57,020 nt of DNA, taken from sequence record SRR31156797_1719; one strand, written 5' to 3'. This document shows positions 48,406 through 57,020 of the stretch, one piece after another (position 1 is the first letter of the stretch; each line of letters opens with the position of its first letter). The notes under the pieces are model-generated. The model worked only from the letters and a program-made list of their open reading frames with translations. It made no database searches and was not told where the DNA came from. Position numbers and translations under genes: made by a program.

Positions 48406-48849
48406 ATGTCAATCGAAGTTGGAGCGAAACTAAAGGGCAAAGTGTCTGGTATTACAAATTTTGGTGCGTTCATTGATCTTGGTGAAGGGAAAACTGGTTT
48501 GGTGCATATCAGTGAAGTATCAAACGGATTCGTCAAAGACATTCACGACGTGTTGTCTGTTGGGGATGAAGTGACAGTACTTGTTACGGCAATCGGCAAC
48601 GATGGAAAAATTGGACTATCGATCCGCAAAGCAGAAGATAAGCCGGAAGAAAAACGTGAATACCCGAAAAAAGAATTCAATCGACCAAATCCGAAAAAAT
48701 CTTTTTCACGCAATCAAACTACGAATGTAAATAAACAAGACTTCGATTCATTGATGAGTTCTTTTCTAAAAGATAGTGATGATCGTCTTTCATCATTACG
48801 TCGAAATACAGAAGGAAAACGCGGTGGCCGCGGCGGACGCCGTAACTAA
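48406..48849 (+). CDS. yabR: S1-domain RNA-binding protein YabR
   Basis: GKVSGITNFGAF, GLVHISEV, FLKDS...KRGGRGGRR. Confidence 0.9.
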   Translation: MSIEVGAKLKGKVSGITNFGAFIDLGEGKTGLVHISEVSNGFVKDIHDVLSVGDEVTVLVTAIGNDGKIGLSIRKAEDKPEEKREYPKKEFNRPNPKKSFSRNQTTNVNKQDFDSLMSSFLKDSDDRLSSLRRNTEGKRGGRGGRRN

Positions 48850-48946
48850 ACATGAATAGCAAGTTGGAAAAAGCTGAAACAAAACTGTTGGTTCGTTTTG
48901 TTTCAGCTTTCTTTCTTGTGGGTCTACCAAATGAGAAGGAGGGCAA

Positions 48947-50350
48947 ATGATGGTCATTCAAACCGTTCGAGGGCAACTCACTGCCATCGATCCTGAAAAA
49001 AAACGCCGCTTTTTGCTGGCGGTATCGACGGGAGTCGACTCCATGGTCTTGCTGCAGGTCTTTTGTCAGTTGTTTCCCGAAATGCAAAAAGAGCAGGTCT
49101 TTGGTGTGGCACATGTAAACCATCAATTGCGTCCAGCATCTGCTGAGGAAGCTGCTTTTTTACGGCAGTACTGCCAAGAACGCGGCATTCCTTTTTATGA
49201 GCGGTGCTGGGAAAATCCGCCAGAAACTGGCATAGAAGCTAGCGCTCGGGACTTTCGCTATACGTTTTTTGCCGATGTCATGTCCCGAGAAGGCTATGAT
49301 GTTTTGCTGACTGCTCACCACAGTGATGACCAAGTAGAAACGATGCTGATGAAGATGATGCGAGAAGGCCGCTTGCAATCGGCTGGCGGGATGCAGCAGC
49401 AGCAGCCTTTTCACGCTGGAATCCTGTTGCGGCCGTTGCTTAGTGTCAGTAAGACAGCGATTTACGACTATGCGCAAGTACAGCAGATTCCCTACTTTGA
49501 AGACGAAAGCAATCACGAACCGCTGTATTTGCGAAACCGACTACGCCAGCAAGTAGTGCCGGCATTAAAAGCGGAAAATCCGCAACTGTTGCCGCATTTT
49601 CAACAGCTTTCTGTAGAAATGCAGTTCGCCAATCAGTTGATCCATCAAGAGCAGCAGCAATGGTTGTCTGCGTTCGTTCAACAGCAAGCTACTCGCTTAG
49701 TGATCGATCTGCAACAGCTGCCGACGTTTTCGCCGGCGCAGCGCTATTTTTTCTATGCGGGGTTTTTGCAACAAGCAGAAGCTTTTACAAAGCATCCACT
49801 CAATCAAAAACAGCTGCCACAGCTATTGCGTTTGCTAGACGAAAAGAAAGGGCAATGGCAATTGGCGTTGCACAAACAGTGGCAGCTGCGGCGCAGCTAT
49901 GACCAATTACTGTTGGAACCCATTGCTGTTCCCCAAAAGCCTGCAGCGCCGTTGACAGAAGTCAGTCAGCGTCTGGTTTTAGGAGAAGGGATCTATCTTT
50001 CTGAAAAGGAATGGATTGGGTATTTTCCGATAAATGAACAGCATATTCCCAAAAAAATCACAAATTGGTCAGAGTTTTCCCAAGATTTACCGCTAAACTA
50101 TTCCTCTGAGCTGATCGTACGTAAGCGTCAGCCAGGAGACCGAATCCGCTTGGCACGTGGCCTGACCAAAAAGATCAGTCGTTTTTTTATCGATTCAAAA
50201 ATTCCTAATGAAGAGCGAGAAAAAAGTTGGGTCGTCACAAACCTTGATAAACAGGTGATTGCCTTACTACCTCATGCATTTTCCTATTTGAGTATTACGC
50301 CAGAAACTGATAAAATACACTACATACTTCTTTATAAATATCAGAAGTAA
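48947..50350 (+). CDS. tilS: tRNA(Ile)-lysidine synthetase
   Basis: PP-loop [34 protein letters not shown]. Confidence 0.95.
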   Translation: MMVIQTVRGQLTAIDPEKKRRFLLAVSTGVDSMVLLQVFCQLFPEMQKEQVFGVAHVNHQLRPASAEEAAFLRQYCQERGIPFYERCWENPPETGIEASARDFRYTFFADVMSREGYDVLLTAHHSDDQVETMLMKMMREGRLQSAGGMQQQQPFHAGILLRPLLSVSKTAIYDYAQVQQIPYFEDESNHEPLYLRNRLRQQVVPALKAENPQLLPHFQQLSVEMQFANQLIHQEQQQWLSAFVQQQATRLVIDLQQLPTFSPAQRYFFYAGFLQQAEAFTKHPLNQKQLPQLLRLLDEKKGQWQLALHKQWQLRRSYDQLLLEPIAVPQKPAAPLTEVSQRLVLGEGIYLSEKEWIGYFPINEQHIPKKITNWSEFSQDLPLNYSSELIVRKRQPGDRIRLARGLTKKISRFFIDSKIPNEEREKSWVVTNLDKQVIALLPHAFSYLSITPETDKIHYILLYKYQK

Positions 50351-50369
50351 GAGTTGGAAGGAGAACTTT

Positions 50370-50915
50370 ATGCTAGATAAAGATATTGAGAAAATTTTGA
50401 TTTCCCGTGACGAAATCAAAAATCGTTGTGTGGAACTTGGTCAAGAATTAACGGCGGCTTATGCGGATAAAAATCCTCTAGTCGTAGGTGTACTGAAAGG
50501 TGCCGTTCCTTTCATGGCAGACATCGTTCGTGAGATGGATTGTTACTTGGAGTTAGACTTCATGGATGTCTCAAGTTATGGCAATGCCATGATTTCATCT
50601 GGAGAAGTCAAAATCATTAAAGATTTAGATACAAATGTTGAGGGCCGCGATCTTTTGATCGTTGAAGACATCATTGACAGCGGTCGCACGTTGGCTTATC
50701 TGGTAGATCTATTCAAATACCGTAAAGCGAAATCAGTGAAAATCGTGACGTTATTAGATAAGCCGGAAGGCCGTGTTGTTGAGATCGATGCTGATTACGT
50801 CGGCTTCGATGTGCCAAATGAGTTTGTTGTTGGATATGGACTGGACTATGCAGAGCAATATCGAAACTTACCTTACGTTGGCGTCTTAAAACCTAGTGTT
50901 TATCAGTCAAATTAG
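50370..50915 (+). CDS. hpt: Hypoxanthine phosphoribosyltransferase
   Basis: [21 protein letters not shown]. Confidence 0.97.
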   Translation: MLDKDIEKILISRDEIKNRCVELGQELTAAYADKNPLVVGVLKGAVPFMADIVREMDCYLELDFMDVSSYGNAMISSGEVKIIKDLDTNVEGRDLLIVEDIIDSGRTLAYLVDLFKYRKAKSVKIVTLLDKPEGRVVEIDADYVGFDVPNEFVVGYGLDYAEQYRNLPYVGVLKPSVYQSN

Positions 50916-50988
50916 TGACTGTTCTAAATCAATTGTGATACAATTAAATGGTCAGGATTGATAAAACAAAATAGCCAGGGAGGTACGC

Positions 50989-53097
50989 ATGAATAAGAAA
51001 AATAACGGTATGGTAAAAAATACCTTATATTATGTACTTGTCTTGTTGGCGATGGTCATGGTCGTTTATTTCATTTTTGGAAATGGCAATCAGCAGACCC
51101 CAACGATCGAGTACTCCACGTTTACAGAACAACTGAAAGACGGGAAGGTCAAACAATTTACTGTCCAACCCGCTAACGGTGTTTATCGAATCGTGGGTGA
51201 ATACAATGAAGAACAAACTGTCAGCAATGACAACAGCTTGTCTGTTTTAGGCAATACACAGGCGAGTTCGACCCGCTTTTCAACGATCATTTTACCAAAT
51301 GATTCTACGCTGAGCGAAGTCACCAGTCTGGCCTCAGCACAAGGGGTCAAAACTACCATCGAAGAAGAATCCAACAGTGGTATTTGGTTATCGCTTTTGG
51401 TTAGCTTCTTACCACTTGTGATCATCATTTTCTTCTTCTATATGATGATGAGCCAACAAGGCGGCGGCGGTGGCGGTGGCGGCCGTGTGATGAACTTTGG
51501 CAAATCAAAAGCCAAAGAAGCGGACAAAAAAGCCAACCGCGTACGTTTTTCAGACGTAGCCGGTGCAGAAGAAGAAAAACAAGAACTTGTCGAAGTCGTG
51601 GAATTCTTGAAAGATCCTCGACGTTTCGTTGAGTTAGGTGCTCGTATCCCAGCAGGTGTCTTGCTTGAGGGACCTCCGGGAACCGGGAAAACGTTGCTAG
51701 CCAAAGCCGTTGCCGGTGAAGCTGGCGTACCGTTTTACTCGATCTCTGGTTCAGATTTCGTTGAAATGTTTGTCGGTGTCGGTGCAAGCCGGGTACGTGA
51801 CTTATTTGAAACAGCGAAGAAAAATGCACCAGCCATCATCTTTATCGATGAAATCGATGCCGTCGGTCGCCAACGTGGTGCCGGTATGGGTGGCGGACAT
51901 GATGAGCGGGAACAAACATTGAACCAATTATTGGTTGAGATGGATGGTTTTGATGGGAATGAAGGCGTGATCGTCATTGCCGCAACGAACCGTTCGGATG
52001 TTCTAGATCCAGCGTTGCTGCGTCCAGGTCGTTTTGACCGTCAGATTTTAGTTGGTCGTCCAGACGTGAAAGGCCGTGAAGCAATCCTCCGTGTTCATGC
52101 TCGGAACAAACCTTTATCAGATGATGTTGATTTGAAAGTCGTTGCCCAACAAACACCGGGCTTTGCCGGTGCGGATCTGGAAAACGTCTTGAACGAAGCC
52201 GCCTTAGTTGCTGCTCGTCGTAACAAGAAAAAAATCGATGCTTCAGATATCGATGAAGCAGAAGACCGCGTGATCGCTGGTCCTGCGAAGAAAGACCGGG
52301 TCATCAACAAACGCGAACGTGAAATGGTTGCTTACCATGAAGCAGGACATACCATTGTTGGTTTAGTCTTGAGTCGTGCCCGTGTGGTACACAAAGTAAC
52401 CATCATTCCTCGGGGGCGTGCTGGTGGGTACATGATCGCCTTGCCGAAAGAAGATCAATTCTTGATGACTAAAGAAGATATGTTTGAACAAATCGTTGGC
52501 TTGCTAGGTGGACGTACGGCTGAAGAAATCATCTTCGGTGTGCAATCAACGGGGGCTTCCAATGACTTTGAACAAGCAACTGCTCTTGCAAGAAGCATGG
52601 TGACAGAATATGGAATGAGCGATAAATTAGGTCCAGTTCAATATGAAGGAAACCATCAAGTCTTTGTCGGTCGCGATTACGGTCAAACAAAAGCATACTC
52701 TGAACAAGTTGCCTTTGAAATTGATCAAGAAGTTCGCAAGATTTTAATGGATGCCCATCAAAAAGCCCATGAAATCATTGAAGAACATCGTGCCCAACAC
52801 AAATTGATCGCTGAAAAACTACTTGAACATGAAACATTGGATGCTAAAGCAATCAAATCCTTGTTTGAAGAAGGCAAAATGCCTGCAGGGACTGAAAGCT
52901 CTGAGTATCCTAGTGAAAAAGCCCAAACGTTTGAAGAAGCGAAACGTGCGCTGGAAGAAAAAGATGCAGAGAAGCAAGCTGCAGAAAAACACAGCGAAGA
53001 TGCATCATCAAACGATTTTGATCAACAATTGGAAGACGTTCGCCGCAATAGCGAAAGCCAACCGACTGATCAAGAAAACAAAGATGATAACGCCTAA
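50989..53097 (+). CDS. ftsH: ATP-dependent zinc metalloprotease FtsH
   Basis: 2 [21 protein letters not shown]. Confidence 0.98.
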   Translation: MNKKNNGMVKNTLYYVLVLLAMVMVVYFIFGNGNQQTPTIEYSTFTEQLKDGKVKQFTVQPANGVYRIVGEYNEEQTVSNDNSLSVLGNTQASSTRFSTIILPNDSTLSEVTSLASAQGVKTTIEEESNSGIWLSLLVSFLPLVIIIFFFYMMMSQQGGGGGGGGRVMNFGKSKAKEADKKANRVRFSDVAGAEEEKQELVEVVEFLKDPRRFVELGARIPAGVLLEGPPGTGKTLLAKAVAGEAGVPFYSISGSDFVEMFVGVGASRVRDLFETAKKNAPAIIFIDEIDAVGRQRGAGMGGGHDEREQTLNQLLVEMDGFDGNEGVIVIAATNRSDVLDPALLRPGRFDRQILVGRPDVKGREAILRVHARNKPLSDDVDLKVVAQQTPGFAGADLENVLNEAALVAARRNKKKIDASDIDEAEDRVIAGPAKKDRVINKREREMVAYHEAGHTIVGLVLSRARVVHKVTIIPRGRAGGYMIALPKEDQFLMTKEDMFEQIVGLLGGRTAEEIIFGVQSTGASNDFEQATALARSMVTEYGMSDKLGPVQYEGNHQVFVGRDYGQTKAYSEQVAFEIDQEVRKILMDAHQKAHEIIEEHRAQHKLIAEKLLEHETLDAKAIKSLFEEGKMPAGTESSEYPSEKAQTFEEAKRALEEKDAEKQAAEKHSEDASSNDFDQQLEDVRRNSESQPTDQENKDDNA

Positions 53098-53110
53098 AAC
53101 AAGACGTATC

Positions 53111-53140
53111 AAGGCGCCGAGGAAACTCGGCGCCTTTTTG
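53111..53140 (+). terminator. Intrinsic terminator after ftsH
   Basis: AAGGCGCCGAG-GAAA-CTCGGCGCCTT plus T-run. Confidence 0.85.
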
Positions 53141-53239
53141 TTTCTATTTAAGAAGACTTTTCTTAAATTCAAACACATTCAGTTGAAAAAAGCGGCGCTT
53201 CCTAGTATGATTCATTAATGAATAAAAAGGAGAATCAAG

Positions 53240-54121
53240 ATGAAGGATTATTTAGTAAAAGCACTCGCATATGACGGCTTCGTCCGAGCATACGCCGTAT
53301 CGGCAACAGAGACGATCGCCGAAGCACAACGACGCCATGAAACATGGAATACGGCATCTGCTGCTTTAGGGCGAGCGATGGTGGGAAGTTTGTTATTAGG
53401 CAGTACCTTAAAAGGGGAAGACAAATTGACCGTCAAAATTCAAGGAAATGGTCCTGCTGGGGCAATCGTCGTAGACAGCAATGGCCGTGGGGACGTAAAA
53501 GGATACATAAAAAATCCACAGATCAGTCTGCCATTGAATCCTCAAGGAAAATTGGATGTTCGGGGCGCAGTGGGAGACCAAGGGATTTTTACCGTAATCA
53601 AAGACTTAGGGCTAAAAGAACCTTTCTCTGGACAAACACCGATCGTCTCTGGGGAACTTGGGGAAGACTTTACTTATTATTTAGCAGTGTCAGAACAGAT
53701 TCCTTCTGCTGTTGGTCTGAGTGTATTAGTAGAAACTGATGATTCGATTCGGGCAGCCGGTGGATTTATGCTACAGATCATGCCTGGTGCCAGTGAAGAG
53801 ATCATTGATGCCATCGAAAAACGTTTGGGAGAATTGCCTCGAGTGTCAACCTTGATCGATGAAGGCCAATCACCAGAAGAGATCTTAGCGACATTGTTAC
53901 CAGACACGACGATCGAAGTACTAGAAAAAATGCCCGTCCAGTTCCACTGTGATTGTACGAAAGAAAAATTTGCGACAGCGATCATCACCTTAGGGGCTGA
54001 GGAGATCCAAGCAATGATTGATGAAGATCATGGGGCAGAGGCAGTCTGCTCGTTTTGTGGCAACAAGTATCATTTTGATGAAACGGAATTGGCGGCGTTG
54101 AAGAAAGAGGCGGAAGCGTAA
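53240..54121 (+). CDS. hslO: Hsp33 redox chaperone
   Basis: SEQIPS; CDC...CSFC zinc motif. Confidence 0.96.
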   Translation: MKDYLVKALAYDGFVRAYAVSATETIAEAQRRHETWNTASAALGRAMVGSLLLGSTLKGEDKLTVKIQGNGPAGAIVVDSNGRGDVKGYIKNPQISLPLNPQGKLDVRGAVGDQGIFTVIKDLGLKEPFSGQTPIVSGELGEDFTYYLAVSEQIPSAVGLSVLVETDDSIRAAGGFMLQIMPGASEEIIDAIEKRLGELPRVSTLIDEGQSPEEILATLLPDTTIEVLEKMPVQFHCDCTKEKFATAIITLGAEEIQAMIDEDHGAEAVCSFCGNKYHFDETELAALKKEAEA

Positions 54122-55135
54122 GTGAAAGATAGACAGACATGGCAGATCGGCTCGGTTGAGATTCCTAACCGCGTCGTCGTTGCGCCAATGGCAGGGATCA
54201 CCAATTCTGCGTTTCGTGTGACAGTCAAAGAATTTGGCGCGGGTTTAGTCGTCTGTGAGATGATCAGTGATCGAGGGATTCAACTGCGTAACAAGAAGAC
54301 CCTTGAGATGCTGTTTATTGACGAGACCGAGCATCCTCTTAGTATTCAGATTTTTGGTGGGAATAAAGCATCCTTAGTAGAAGCAGCCCAATTTGTCGCA
54401 GAGAACACAACTGCCGATATCATTGATATTAATATGGGGTGTCCTGTAAACAAAATCATCAAAGCAGAAGCTGGTGCGAAGTGGCTTTTAGATCCCGACA
54501 AGGTTTATGAAATGGTCCATGCTGTTTCCAGTGCGATCGACAAGCCCGTTACCGTCAAAATGCGGATCGGTTGGGATGAGCAGCACGTCTTTGCGGTTGA
54601 GAATGCCCAAGCCGCGGAAGCAGCGGGTGCCGCAGCAATCGGTATGCATGGCAGAACCCGTGTACAGATGTATGAAGGATCGGCTGATTGGGACGTTTTA
54701 AAACAAGTGAAGCAAAGTATCACCATTCCCTTTATGGGCAACGGCGATGTCAGAACCCCTGAAGATGCGAAACGAATGTTGGAAGAAGTCGGCGCTGATG
54801 CAGTGATGATCGGACGGGCAGCCTTAGGCAATCCGTGGATGATCCACCGCACCAAGCAATACTTGGAGACAGGCGAGTTGTTGCCGGAACCAACACCACG
54901 AGAAAAAATTTCGACAGCGAAACTTCATTTAGAACGGTTGGCTGATCTAAAAGGGGAAAAAATCGCTTCGCGAGAATTCCGCCAACATGCTGCGTACTAC
55001 TTAAAAGGTATTTCACGGGCAGCCAAAGTGAAGGCAGCTATCAATCAAGCAGAAGATAAGCAAACGATTTTTGATTTATTGGATGCATTTGTAGAGAAGA
55101 CCGAAAAACAGCCGGTAGCAACTTTTAAGGAATAA
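54122..55135 (+). CDS. dusB: tRNA-dihydrouridine synthase B
   Basis: APMAG, INMGCP, HGRTR, GNGDV, MIGR. Confidence 0.95.
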   Translation: MKDRQTWQIGSVEIPNRVVVAPMAGITNSAFRVTVKEFGAGLVVCEMISDRGIQLRNKKTLEMLFIDETEHPLSIQIFGGNKASLVEAAQFVAENTTADIIDINMGCPVNKIIKAEAGAKWLLDPDKVYEMVHAVSSAIDKPVTVKMRIGWDEQHVFAVENAQAAEAAGAAAIGMHGRTRVQMYEGSADWDVLKQVKQSITIPFMGNGDVRTPEDAKRMLEEVGADAVMIGRAALGNPWMIHRTKQYLETGELLPEPTPREKISTAKLHLERLADLKGEKIASREFRQHAAYYLKGISRAAKVKAAINQAEDKQTIFDLLDAFVEKTEKQPVATFKE

Positions 55136-56724
<1,589 letters not shown>

Positions 56725-56725
<1 letters not shown>

Positions 56726-56766
56726 AAAAGCTCCGTCCACTCGCAAGAGATGGGCGGCTTTTTTTC
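56725..56766 (+). terminator. Terminator after lysS
   Basis: AAAGCTCCGTCCA-CTC GCAA GAG-ATGGGCGGCTTT plus T-run. Confidence 0.7.
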
Positions 56767-56917
56767 TTGTCTGCTGGATCAGGGAGAAAAACAGTGAGGA
56801 ATTAGAGGGGAAAAAGCCAGGGTAATTGCTAGAAAACGGATTAAATGCGAACGATAAAAGCTGGATTCAATGTGATTAGACGGGTTTGTAAAAATTAAAA
56901 AAAGCCATAGAAAATGA

Positions 56918-57020
56918 TTGACCACAAGGGATTTAGTTGGTATATTATTACATGTGCCAAATGACTGAAATGAATTCGTAAAAAGAATTGAAAAAAGTGG
57001 TTGACGCACAGCTCGACAGA
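56918..57020 (+). promoter_or_regulatory. Tandem SigA promoters, probably rRNA operon P1/P2
   Basis: TTGACC 56918-56923, 17 bp, TGgTATATT ending 56946, A-rich upstream; second TTGACG at 57001 with A-tracts; lysS is commonly followed by rrn in Firmicutes. Confidence 0.6.

Noticed and set aside
51460-51483. GGC/GGT repeat in ftsH
   Set aside because: Encodes the usual Gly-rich linker after TM2
56780-57020. rRNA or tRNA gene
   Set aside because: Only promoter elements are visible; any RNA gene would start beyond the window

Overview
Chromosomal window from a low-GC Gram-positive bacterium, most likely an Enterococcus of the casseliflavus/gallinarum group (inferred from gene content, an Ldtfm-like L,D-transpeptidase and moderately high GC). 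From about 1 to 38.7 kb it is an accessory/metabolic mosaic: tail of a sugar cluster (MFS, AraC, ROK), MarR-DHA2 efflux, RarD, a LicT/BglG antiterminator with two RAT-terminators and a beta-glucoside PTS, a Crp/Fnr regulator divergent from a PhnD/C/E/E-type ABC importer plus CpdA-like phosphodiesterase, an orphan ImmA-XRE phage-type switch driving one membrane/coiled-coil gene, MarR-ABC efflux, tandem FMN reductases, a GT8, a cellobiose-type PTS operon, TspO, PepF, the arginine deiminase operon and redox genes. From about 38.8 kb it is core genome: ldt, ldh, pth-mfd-yabM-yabO-divIC-yabR-tilS-hpt-ftsH-hslO-dusB-lysS, ending in tandem promoters that probably start an rRNA operon. Best leads: (1) the stand-alone ImmA/XRE switch with four GATA-N7-TATC operators and no phage or ICE around it; (2) a cNMP-domain activator + ABC importer + class III phosphodiesterase module with a palindrome at -41.5 and PhoP-like boxes; (3) two MarR efflux loci with related GGTACC-core operators; (4) a PTS EIIB-like protein with Asp in place of the phospho-Cys. 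No CRISPR array, transposase, integrase, tRNA or rRNA was seen. All calls come from reading the sequence; no searches were run.
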